From: Lepidodermella squamata
Lineage: Eukaryota; Animalia; Gastrotricha
Direction of reading: 5' to 3'
DNA length: 64,000 nt
NCBI GenBank assembly: GCA_047495785.1
Contig: JBLDXI010000009.1
Span: forward strand, 2,852,001-2,916,000
A program made the position numbers and the translations under genes. Below the pieces are notes generated by a model, which did no database searches, was not told the DNA's origin, and saw nothing but the letters and a program-made list of their open reading frames with translations. Numbering within the stretch: position 1 is the stretch's first letter; the number at the start of each line of letters is the position of its first letter. This document shows positions 12,527 through 22,793 of this stretch, in pieces.

Positions 12527-13322
12527 TGGGTATAAAGAATAGAGTTACCTGCTAAGAACATGTTTTCTGAATCCAAACACGGACCCAAGTTGCCGTTATT
12601 TCATCTCGTCGCGAAGGCACCCTGGTGTAAAGGCTCGCAGCACTTTTTTACCCCTTTTTGCTTCGCTTTGTTTTGATTATCGAGTCATCATTGCTCCTTC
12701 TTATTCATTCACGAGAGGCATATAACATATTATTAATAATAATTAATTTTGAGTATAATGAATGGTCATCGTTTTGGGTGATGACAATGTTTTCGAAAAA
12801 ATGTCACGGTGTGCGATTTCTTACATTTGTTCGCCCACCGCTTAGCAAGTTTGATTGCGTCAAAACGGCGACTGCGTCTCGGTTCTGATCCTCGCGCGAT
12901 GTTGAGCCAGAGCTGAAGAAACAGCAGCGGATGGATTTTCATTTCTCTCGCTAAAAAGCAGACACCCAGACGTTTGTGATCTACTTCCGCCGCTTTTAAG
13001 CGACGCCTACTTGCATCTGCTAACCAGCGATTACAGTATGGGGTCAATTTAAAGCGAAACTGCTGTCTGATTTTGCATTAAAGATATTTTTCATCCGCTT
13101 ATTTGGTGGGTATAGAGAATAGAGTTACCTGCTAACAACATGTTTTCTGAATCCATACACGGACCCAAGTTGCTAAAACTCCGACACTCAGACGTTTGTG
13201 ATCTACTTCCACCGTCTTTTAATCGACGCCCACTTGCATCTGCTAACCTGCGATTACCGTAAGGGGTCAATTTAAAGCGAAACAGCTATCTGATTTTGCA
13301 TTAAAGATATTTTTCATCCGCT
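12527..13322 (+). repeat. Local duplication of upstream sequence of the first GPCR (A-B-A'-B')
   Basis: A 12527-12593 matches A' 13107-13173. B 12961-13099 matches B' 13183-13322, which ends just before the ATG at 13327. B is also similar to about 20140-20260 upstream of the second GPCR. Confidence 0.85.
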
Positions 13323-13326
13323 AACG

Positions 13327-15624
13327 ATGCAACTAGCATTTTTGCAATTCTCGGCATTTCTTGCCTATTTCACTGTACACCCAGCTCATGCCCAGAAGAC
13401 CAAGTTGGAAATGTTTTTTGGTTACACCTCAATTCAAGCTCTCGATGCTCCTGGTGACATCTGCCCGCATGTTCAAAAACTAATGATCGAAATCGTAAAC
13501 CAAAGGGATGACATCTTGCCGGGCTACGAATTGGTTGACTCTACTCAGGACGAAGGACCAGGAAGTTTTTTCCTAGCTCAGCGGGTGATTGACTTCTACA
13601 GGAAGCCGACAAATGGCTCGATTAAATCGCCAGTTGTTTTTGCAGGAGGGTATACTGCAGGATGCAAATCTCTTTCTCAAATTCTACACTACACAAATTT
13701 GGTCAGCGTTTCACCGGTCTGTCTATCACCAATATTTACAGCTAACCGCGGGGTGTATCCGAATCTGTATCGAACGCGTTTGTCAGGCGAGGCTGTCGCC
13801 CTGTCAAGGGTAAACTTCATCAAGAGAATAGGCAAATGGCAGAAGACTGCGATACTGGTGAATGCCGGTGTTACGATTCTCAACTTTTACGTTGCTTCCT
13901 ACTTCTATGATTTGGCTGTTAAAAACGGCGTGAAAGTCGTTCATTACGATACTGCCTTTGACTTGACTGAAGACTTGATTATCGGATTGAAGAATTCAGG
14001 TGCACGGGTTATAGTATATGAAGTTGCTGACTTAATAAGCGTTGCATTGTTTCAATGCAAATGCTTCAGCTATGGTTTGACCGGGCCGCGATATGTTTTG
14101 ATCATGGCCGGGTTAAGTTACGTAAATCCAAATCTTAGACCGGATATTCTCGCCCCGGGCTGTACCAAGTCGATCATCATGGAGCAACATCGCTACACTG
14201 TTTACATCGGATCAATATGGACAAGTCTCGGGGTTGAAAGTACTAGAAAAACCAGTCTAGGCTACGACACCAAGCAATTCGACGAACTGTTGGAGAAAGC
14301 TGTACCCAATGCGCGGAGCATGTCTGTATATGGAAGGCGATACCATTGCCACGATCAGCTCCTTCAGGCCATTCTAACGCTAGACGGCACTGAGAAGATT
14401 CTAAACGCGAAGAATATGTCCCTAAAGGATTACGACAGCTATCCGGACGTAGTCATGGATGCCGCTAATAAGAGTGCTGCTTCCGTCAAGTTCGCCGGCT
14501 TCACGCGGGGTGTTATCGAGTATTCGCCTAGACTTGAACAGGACGCTGAGCCTCAGTATATCTTTCAATGGATACCAGAGGAAAATAGGACGCGGATAAA
14601 CTACGAAATTACCCTACCTCCGAACAAAAGCTTCGACGATCTCGCGAGCTATGTAATTCGCAGCGTTGAACCCTACGTTTGGTACACGGAGACTAAAGAT
14701 CCTCCAGCCGATTGGACAGGTGAAGCAAGTGAGGTAATCCGAGTCCCGGATGGCTTCCTTATATTTGCATGCGTCATCAGCGGAATAGCAACCTTGTCTC
14801 AACTGATATCTTTGAAGTTCAAGATGGAATTTGAAAAGGTCATCTTTACCTTTGCTTGCATGTTACTCAACGCAGCTTCAATCATTTTCGCATTGAATGC
14901 TGATTCGGCAGCGGCTTGCAATTTGAAATACATCTTCCTTGCTATCGGAGGAACCGTCGTTCATTTAGTTCTCTATCGTAAACTGGCGCTGTACGCGACG
15001 AGGAGCAGGCAGCTCGTCACTGGTGCATTCTACCATACTAGATTGTTCTCCGCGAAATCGACGAAATCGGCATTTCCCATCAAGTCACCAACTCCAACAG
15101 TCATGGTGATGACCGCAGGCTCTAAGCGGTTGAAAGTATTGGTCGCTAATTTCGCAACCGTGCTTGTCTTCATTGCGAGTGTGTCAACGTTAACTGCTTG
15201 GCTTGCCATAAATCCTATGGAATTGCGCATTAAGAGCATCCCTAGCGAATACGATGTGGAACGTGACATCTTACGCCAGTTTTATGTCGAAGTATGCGAG
15301 GGTAGTGAAGTCGGCGACACCAAATACATGATGGCGCTGGCAGTGATCGACCTAATTCCTGCGGCAGCGGCAGCTCTGCTTTCCATAGCGATTTCTAAGG
15401 CTGCAGATCCCGAAATTAAGCTATATCGCATGGCCTCGCTCATCAACCTGCCGCTACTCATCGCGGCGATTTTCATCATTTTAGCGTCCACTAATAATCA
15501 TGTAACCCAGCAAATCGTTGCATCCATCACTTGTTTGAACATTTCCGGCTTCGCAAGCGTTTTCGTACTATTCTCCGATAAATCTGCGATAATCATACGT
15601 CGACTGATTGAAAATAGGAAGTGA
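13327..15624 (+). CDS. Class C GPCR, GABA-B receptor-like (Venus flytrap + 7TM), intronless, paralog A
   Basis: Signal peptide, VNQRDDILPGYEL, YPNLYRT and GLTGPRYV motifs of the ANF/VFT domain, and seven hydrophobic segments. No Cys-rich domain; short C-tail. Confidence 0.88.
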   Translation: MQLAFLQFSAFLAYFTVHPAHAQKTKLEMFFGYTSIQALDAPGDICPHVQKLMIEIVNQRDDILPGYELVDSTQDEGPGSFFLAQRVIDFYRKPTNGSIKSPVVFAGGYTAGCKSLSQILHYTNLVSVSPVCLSPIFTANRGVYPNLYRTRLSGEAVALSRVNFIKRIGKWQKTAILVNAGVTILNFYVASYFYDLAVKNGVKVVHYDTAFDLTEDLIIGLKNSGARVIVYEVADLISVALFQCKCFSYGLTGPRYVLIMAGLSYVNPNLRPDILAPGCTKSIIMEQHRYTVYIGSIWTSLGVESTRKTSLGYDTKQFDELLEKAVPNARSMSVYGRRYHCHDQLLQAILTLDGTEKILNAKNMSLKDYDSYPDVVMDAANKSAASVKFAGFTRGVIEYSPRLEQDAEPQYIFQWIPEENRTRINYEITLPPNKSFDDLASYVIRSVEPYVWYTETKDPPADWTGEASEVIRVPDGFLIFACVISGIATLSQLISLKFKMEFEKVIFTFACMLLNAASIIFALNADSAAACNLKYIFLAIGGTVVHLVLYRKLALYATRSRQLVTGAFYHTRLFSAKSTKSAFPIKSPTPTVMVMTAGSKRLKVLVANFATVLVFIASVSTLTAWLAINPMELRIKSIPSEYDVERDILRQFYVEVCEGSEVGDTKYMMALAVIDLIPAAAAALLSIAISKAADPEIKLYRMASLINLPLLIAAIFIILASTNNHVTQQIVASITCLNISGFASVFVLFSDKSAIIIRRLIENRK

Positions 15625-16279
15625 ACTAATATTAATAAAAACAATACCGTAATCCGGCGAAGTCTATAAAAAACTTCAAACATTCTCATCCAAGTCATAA
15701 TAATGAATTTCTATTGTGTTCAAAGTTGTACTGGTGTTCAAAGTTGTATTTTCGAGTGCTCAAAGTTGTACCGGCTACCCTTGCAACTTCGAGCGCATGC
15801 CACGCGAAAACCAATCTATAGAAGGGCGTGCCTTTTTGGCTACTTCTTCAGAAAGGTATAGGCTTGAGTTCGCTAAGTTGGAGCGTGCGGATATCTGCTA
15901 CGGTTATCGCAGGACAACACTTCAAAGTAGGAGGAAATTCAGGCTTTTGCTGTAGGACCGATCCACGCGTCACCGACAGAGATTCGTAAGAAAATGTCAT
16001 CTTCGAAACGTTCCAATGTGTTTGGAAAATTTACCACATCAATAAATTTAACTTCAATTGAACAGTCTCCTGCTATACTTCATTTCCAAGGCGATTCTAA
16101 GTATTCATCGCCAATTACGAACTGGGTGGGGTAAAGTGGGTCGTCACCGACAGAGAAACGTTGTCCAACGTGTTTTTAACAGAATTTTCTAATGAATTTC
16201 CTTGATCAGGTATCACACATTATGGTCCAAATAAGATATCAGAAGAAAGGCTATGCTTGATAGAAATTAGAAGATTTAC

Positions 16280-16754
16280 CTGCACTTGCACAAACGATTT
16301 TGCACAAAAGCATTTGCACAAATGCAGTTGCACAAAATAGTTTGCACAAACTCCATTTTCATATCGGATATCAACATTCATTGCTTAGAAAATCTGCTTA
16401 GAAAATCTGTCTAATGCAAGGGCAGGGCAGTCTTGAGTGATAAAAGCAGAAAAAATGGACATGGCATCATTGATTGATCGATTTCAGCTTCATTTTATCA
16501 ATTCATCATTGCCCTAGATCCGAACGTGAAACTCGCCACCCCTTGTAATTTAAACTCGAATCGGACGCACTAAAATATCTCAGAAAGCAGGGCCCGAAAT
16601 CAGTCTTTGATGCCAATGGGCTCTGTCTTCAATTTGGTATATTCAATTTTCTTATTAAACTTGATTCCGCTTGATAAATAGAGTTCGTGCAAAATATTTT
16701 GTGCAACTGCATTTGTGCAAATGCTTTTGTGCAGAATCGTTTGTGCAAGTACAG
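16280..16754. mobile_element. MITE-like element with about 74-bp inverted arms built of TTGCACAAA subrepeats
   Basis: 16280-16353 is the reverse complement of 16681-16754 with few mismatches, and each arm holds five TGCACA(A)-type units. Confidence 0.8.
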
Positions 16755-17133
16755 ACATCCCAATTATAAATTATTCATTTCCTGATCGAGCGGTCACTGC
16801 CAAGTGATGACCTGCAAAAAATGAGTGTCACCGACAGAGAAAAAATAGGCACCACTAAAATTCCTGGAAACTCCCCTTAATTGGTTTAGCCGGCAACCGG
16901 CACTAATAGGAATTTTTATTATGATTTGAGGTCATAACGATTGATTAAGAGCAGAAACTTTCCCAGAATATGCGACCTGGTCTTCACAAGAATTATTCAA
17001 AACTACCATACACCTTCGGACGGCTAAAAAAACGATAAAAATAGCCAAAAACCAGAAAATCCCGTTCCTGCCGTTCCTGGGTATTTTATACTTATTTTTA
17101 TGGTTTTTCTTGGTAGAGAAATGATAAGGACGA

Positions 17134-17832
17134 GGCTATTCGGACACAGCGAAATGTGTGTCACGCAATGGCTATTCGAACACATTGTGTGCGCGCTTTT
17201 CGCTATTTGAACACACTGTGTAGGCGTGATTGGCTACTTGAACAGCGGTGTGTGCGCGGAAGTGGCTATTCGAACACACCCCTCGAAGTCAAGGAATAAC
17301 GCTAATAGGCTAGCGAGAAGACGGTAATTGAGCGGATTTAAGACGGATTTAGCGTTTTTAGCATAATTTCAAAGACTATCCCTGCTAGTGTCATGTATTC
17401 TTGATTCCACACCTATCCTCACCGCCCGCGCCTCCAGTGGTATCAAGGGGTCTCACCTCGCCGCGCGCTTTTAAGACTGCTGGCAAGCCAAATTGAAATA
17501 AAACCGAGAGCTGACGTCCCGGAGTAAAGTTCGAGCTATCAAATCGCTAATTATCAGCTGCAATCACGCCGCGCAGCAGCATTTTATCGGAATTTAGGCC
17601 AGACTCGATGACCGGGAACCAAAATCAAACAGAGCGGCTTTTATTGCTTTATTGCTGATGCTAATGCGCGCTCAAATTGTGGACCGGGTATTTTCCCGTT
17701 ATGCTGGCATTTCGAATTTTCGAATTTTTGGCATTTTCCGGACTAACAAAAAGTTGTTAAAATCCAGATTTCGGTGATTAGCAGGTGACTTGAGATGCTG
17801 TGTTCAAATAGCCGAATGCGCGCACACACCGC
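17134..17832. repeat. Element with five roughly 31-35-bp tandem units (GGCTATTCGAACACA..GTGTGCGCG) and one inverted unit
   Basis: Tandem units at 17134-17278 and an inverted copy at 17797-17832, resembling asymmetric subterminal repeats of a DNA transposon. Confidence 0.65.
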
Positions 17833-19195
17833 GGATATCCTAAGATGATTTTAGGGGCAATTTCTATTATTTCTTTGTTTTATACTGCTATTTAGGTATA
17901 ACTTCATAGCTTATTTTGCAAATTAGACCTAACTATGTCGCCAGTTAGGATTTAGGGCGTTTTTTTCCAAAATATAAACATATACCATAGAAAATAACTC
18001 CATATTTCACCACAAATTTGCTTTTCACTCGATGGGATGCCTAGAGAAAAAGACTGCATATTGCATAATTCATGAAAAAATGGGAAAATAGAACAGCAAG
18101 TCCGATTAACTCCAAAAATTGATTTTATGACTTCTGGATGATTACATAGCTAATAAAAAACATATTCTGTTAATTTGCTCTTATAAAAATTCAAAAATAC
18201 GGAAAAACGAGGGAAATAAATATTTTTATCTGTCGGCGACGCCTTCCCAGCGCAAACTAGCATTCGTGCCGATGAAATGTTGCCTTTTTGCGATAGTACC
18301 AGCTTCGGGAGATTTAAAAAGTTACTTGCATCGTTCATAGCTGAATGATTGAGTGCGCTGCGACTAATATGAGACAATTTTGTCACCGACAGAGAATTTT
18401 TGAAACTCAATTTTTTACCTCACCTTGTGCAACGCTGATTAATCCCTAGTTTGAGATATTTTGGCTTCTGATAGTTTTGGGTCCCCCGAGTTCAATACAC
18501 CCTAATTGAGTCGTATCAGTTGCAAAGGTTTGACAGTGAAAGGTTTTGAAAGTAATTAGAAAAGCTAAAAAGCCCTCCCTATTTGACACCCCATCTTGCA
18601 GATGACGTAATTCATGTCAAATGAGCGATATGAACCAAACTTTTTTCATTTTTGGATAGCTGAAGTCCTAAGCTTCAAGAAAATATGTGTTTTTGGTAAC
18701 CTAGCCACAGTTTCTATTTCAGTGAAAAGTGTGCCAGCGACGTGGATCGATCCTGTTGTAGCTCAATATCTCGGGCATTGCGGTTTTCACGAGCTGATTC
18801 ACGAGTTGCCAGCAGAATGTATCAGAATCGACTGGGTTTCCGAGGATTAAATCGCCGATACTGAGCGTGATTTCCACCATAAAATAATTCAGTGCAAAGA
18901 TCGTTCCATTGAAAAAAGGAATGGAACAAAAACAATTTGCTAAAAGATTTTTTAAAGTTGATTTTTTAATTACAACAAAATAAATTTAATCAGACGCCAT
19001 GGGTATGAGTGGTTAGGCATTTTGTCCAGATTCCGCGCGGAAAATGGGAAAATAACCAACCATGTGGGAACAGGAATCCTAAACTTGTGTTTCGGGCAAT
19101 AACTCGATTTCAGCCCATGAAAATACAATCGGGCTTCGCCCTCGGGCATTTTCAGCGGGCCGATTCCTCGTATCACATTCGTATCACTACTTTCT

Positions 19196-19417
19196 CCATC
19201 CTAGTCTCGATATGCAGTGTCAAAGTCCAACTACTTGTTGCTGGCTCGGTAGCGGTAGTGGGGCTGGTGGGGTATTGGCGGGTCTGATTTTCTTCATACC
19301 ATACTATTAACCAATTGAAAGAATCTCGTGCTGCCAAACGCCATTGTGATGCTATCATACCGACCATCAAAGCAACAAGTAGTTGGACTTTGAATCCGCA
19401 AATCTGGCCTAAGATGC
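19196..19417. repeat. Small inverted-repeat (MITE-like/hairpin) element
   Basis: Perfect 23-bp inverted core TCAAAGTCCAACTACTTGTTGCT (19220-19242 vs 19371-19393), with degenerate extension on both sides. Confidence 0.65.
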
Positions 19418-19659
19418 CTCTATGGAGGAGATAGAAGATTTTTTACTGATTTTCCAGGATTTTGTACCACCGGACGATAACAGAATTTCATTTGATGTGT
19501 TTTTTCAAGTTTCCGATGCGTGATTCTTGTGCGTGAAAAAGTTGAGTACTGACCTGAAACCTGAACCCTAATTTCGGATCGGCGTGGGGGCTGTGAGGGA
19601 CTTTCGTAGGATTAATTTTGATCCTGATGGAAAAATCCAAATTGAAAGCATCGGATGAA

Positions 19660-19835
19660 CCAGAAAATCCGAGGTGGCGATAGTCGTTTGCCTTAATGCT
19701 GAGGATGCTTTCAACTGAAATATTTAAACGATCTCTGCTACAAACTGATCAACCATGGCTTTCCACCAATCGCAATCTCCCGATTCGTGATTGATAGGAC
19801 CTCCCGAGCAACGCTTCCTTCAGGTTAAAGTGATC
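19660..19835 (+). mobile_element. Decayed non-LTR retrotransposon reverse transcriptase fragment
   Basis: Broken translation AIVVCLNAEDAFN*...NDLCYKLINHGFPP...QVKV resembles the LINE RT segment (LD.eKAFD.V.h..L.yKL...G.p...fL..R...V.v), with stops and frameshifts. Confidence 0.5.
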
Positions 19836-20260
19836 ATTACTCCTTCAAATCGCGCATGGAGAGGCATAGCATAGGAAATTAATTTCGAGCAAAGAATTTC
19901 CCGGATGGCCATCGTTTTAAGTGCTGGGAGTTGGCAATGGCGTATATAGGAAGTTATGGTGTGCGATTTCTTAAATTCTTTCGCCCACTGCGCTCAATTA
20001 GCCAACTCGATTGCGTCAAAATGAAAAAAAGAGTCGTTGGATTTGTTCTGATTATTTATATTGTCTGCGCTTAAGAACTGCAGAAACAGCAGCAGATGCA
20101 ACTTCATCTCGCTCGCTCGTTCCACTCAAGGGATCAACGTCCGCATGTCCTTTTAATCGACACCCACTTGCATCTGCTTGTCTGGGATCAACGTGGGCTC
20201 AATTTAAAGCGAAACTGCCGTCTGATTATGCATCATTGACAATTTTCATTTTTCATCCTG

Positions 20261-22567
20261 ATGATGCAATCGACATTTTTGCAATTTTCTGCATTTCTTG
20301 CCTATCTCACGTTATATCCAGTTCATGCGCAAACTACCAAGCTGGAAATATTCTTTGGTACCACCACCATTCAAGTTCTCGATATTCCTGGTGACATTTG
20401 CCCGCACGTTCAAAAACTGATGTTCGACATGGTCAACAAGAGGGATGACATCTTGCCAGGCTACGAATTGGTTGCCTTTAATCAAGACGAAGGACCAGGA
20501 AGTTTTTTCCTAGCTCAGCGGGTGATTGACTTCTACAGGAAGCCGACTAATGATTCGGTAAAATCGCCCGTTGTTTTTGCAGGAGGGTATACTGCAGGAT
20601 GCAAATCTCTGTCCCAAATGCTCCACCATTCAAATTTGGTCAGCGTTTCGCCGGTCTGTCTATCACCGATATTTACAGCTAACCGCGGAGTGTATCCGAA
20701 TCTGTATCGAACGCGTTTGTCAGGCGAGGCTGTCGCCCTGTCAAGGGTAAACTTCATCAAGAGAATAGGCAAATGGCAGAAGACTGCGATACTGGTGAAT
20801 GCCGGTGTTACGATTCTCAACTTTTACGTTGCTTCCTACTTCTATGATTTGGCTGTCAGAAACGGCCTTAAGGTTGTGCATTACGATGCTGCTTTTGACT
20901 TGACTGACGACTTGATGATCGGATTGAAGAGTTCAGACGCACGCGTGATAGTATATGAAGTTGCTGATTTCACAAGCTCTGCTTTGTTTCTATGCAAATG
21001 CTACAGCTATGGAATAACCGGACCAAGATATGTTTTGATCATGGCCGGGTTGAGCTATTTAGATCCAAATCTCAGACCTGATGCGATCGCCCCGGGCTGT
21101 ACCAAAGCGATCACCATGGAGCAACATCGTTACACAATTTACGTTGGATCGATATGGACAAGTCTCGGGGTTGAAAACACCGGAAAAACAAGGCTTGGCT
21201 TCGACAGCAAACAATTCGATGAACTGTTGGAAAAGGCTGTACCCAATGCGCGGAGCATGTCTGCATATGGAAGGCGATACCATTGTCACGACCAGTTTCT
21301 TCAGGCCATTCTAACGCTAGACGGCACTGAGAAGATTTTAAACGCGAAGAATATGTCCCTAAAGGATTACGACAGCTATCCGGACGTAGTCATGGATGCC
21401 GCTAATAAGAGTGCTGCTTCTGTCAAGTTCGCCGGCTTCACGCGGGGTGTTATCGAGTATTCGCCTAGACTTGAACAGGACGCCGAGCCTCAGTATATCT
21501 TTCAGTGGATACCAGAGGAAAATAGGACGCGGATAAACTATGAAATCACCCTACCGCCGAACAAAAGCTTCGACGATCTCGCGAGCTATGTTATTCGCAG
21601 CGTTGAACCCTACATTTGGTACACGGAGACCAAGGATCCTCCAGCCGATTGGCCAGGTGAAGCAAGTGAGGTAATCCGAGTCCCGGATGGTTTCCTTATA
21701 TTTGCATGCGTCGTCAGCGGAATAGCGACTATCTGCCAACTGATATCTTTGAAGTTCAAGATGGAATTTGAAAAGGTCATCTTTACCTTTGCTTGCATGT
21801 TACTCAACGCAGCTTCAATCATTTTTGCTTTGAATGCTGATTCGGCAGCGGCTTGCAATTTGAAATACATCTTCCTAGCTATCGGAGGAACCGTCGTTCA
21901 TTTGGTTCTCTATCGTAAACTGGCGTTGTACGTGACGAGAAGCAGGCAGCTCGTCACTGGTGCATCCTACCATACTAGATTGTTCTCCGCAAAATCGGCA
22001 AAATCAGCAAAATCGGCATTTCCCAAGTCACCAACTCCAACAGTCATGGTGATGACCACAGGCTCTAAGCGGTTGAAAGTATTGGTCGCTAATTTCGCAA
22101 CCGTGCTCGTCTTCATTGCGAGCGTGTCAACTTTAACTGCTTGGCTTGCCATAAATCCTATGGAATTGCGCATTAAGAATATCCCTAGCGAATACGATGC
22201 GGAAAGTGACATCTTGCACCACTTTTATGTCGAAGTATGCGAGGGTAGTGAAGTCGGCGATGCGAAATACATGATGGCGCTAGCGGTGATCGACCTAATT
22301 CCTGCGGCAGCGGCTGCTTTGCTTTCCATAGCAATTTCTAAAGCTGCAGATCCCGAAATTAAACTGTATCGCATGGCCTCGCTCATCAACCTGCCGTTAC
22401 TCATCGCGGCGATTTTCATCATTTTAGCGTCAACAAAGAACCATGTAACCCAGCTAATCGTTGCATCCATCACTTGTTTGAACATTTCCGGCTTCGCAAG
22501 CGTATTCGTCTTATTCTCGGACAAATCTGCGATAATTATACGTCGATTGATTGAAAATATGAAGTGA
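20261..22567 (+). CDS. Class C GPCR, GABA-B receptor-like, intronless, paralog B
   Basis: Colinear and highly similar to 13327-15624, with the same VFT + 7TM layout. Confidence 0.88.
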   Translation: MMQSTFLQFSAFLAYLTLYPVHAQTTKLEIFFGTTTIQVLDIPGDICPHVQKLMFDMVNKRDDILPGYELVAFNQDEGPGSFFLAQRVIDFYRKPTNDSVKSPVVFAGGYTAGCKSLSQMLHHSNLVSVSPVCLSPIFTANRGVYPNLYRTRLSGEAVALSRVNFIKRIGKWQKTAILVNAGVTILNFYVASYFYDLAVRNGLKVVHYDAAFDLTDDLMIGLKSSDARVIVYEVADFTSSALFLCKCYSYGITGPRYVLIMAGLSYLDPNLRPDAIAPGCTKAITMEQHRYTIYVGSIWTSLGVENTGKTRLGFDSKQFDELLEKAVPNARSMSAYGRRYHCHDQFLQAILTLDGTEKILNAKNMSLKDYDSYPDVVMDAANKSAASVKFAGFTRGVIEYSPRLEQDAEPQYIFQWIPEENRTRINYEITLPPNKSFDDLASYVIRSVEPYIWYTETKDPPADWPGEASEVIRVPDGFLIFACVVSGIATICQLISLKFKMEFEKVIFTFACMLLNAASIIFALNADSAAACNLKYIFLAIGGTVVHLVLYRKLALYVTRSRQLVTGASYHTRLFSAKSAKSAKSAFPKSPTPTVMVMTTGSKRLKVLVANFATVLVFIASVSTLTAWLAINPMELRIKNIPSEYDAESDILHHFYVEVCEGSEVGDAKYMMALAVIDLIPAAAAALLSIAISKAADPEIKLYRMASLINLPLLIAAIFIILASTKNHVTQLIVASITCLNISGFASVFVLFSDKSAIIIRRLIENMK

Positions 22568-22793
22568 ACTAATTAACATTAATAACGAATTAATTAGTAA
22601 TAGTAATAATAACAATAATATTACTACTAATAGTGTGAAAATTCACTGTCAAGTTGCCAAGAACACTTTTCAGCTGTTATGTACGTTTCTGGCACGCTAT
22701 GCTTACATAGTTTTTTCATAGTTTTTTTTTGTCGAATTCAGTAAACCAAAGACTAATAACGATTAGATGAAGGTACAATTAATGGGCTCAAAT

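Larger units (their letters stand above)
15969..18395. repeat. Relic element marked by a dispersed 14-mer GTCACCGACAGAGA
   Basis: Exact copies at 15969, 16143, 16827 and 18382, plus an inverted variant at 18229-18240. Confidence 0.55.

Noticed and set aside
17134-17278. CRISPR-like array
   Set aside because: Units are degenerate tandem repeats without unique spacers, the context is eukaryotic, and there are no cas genes.
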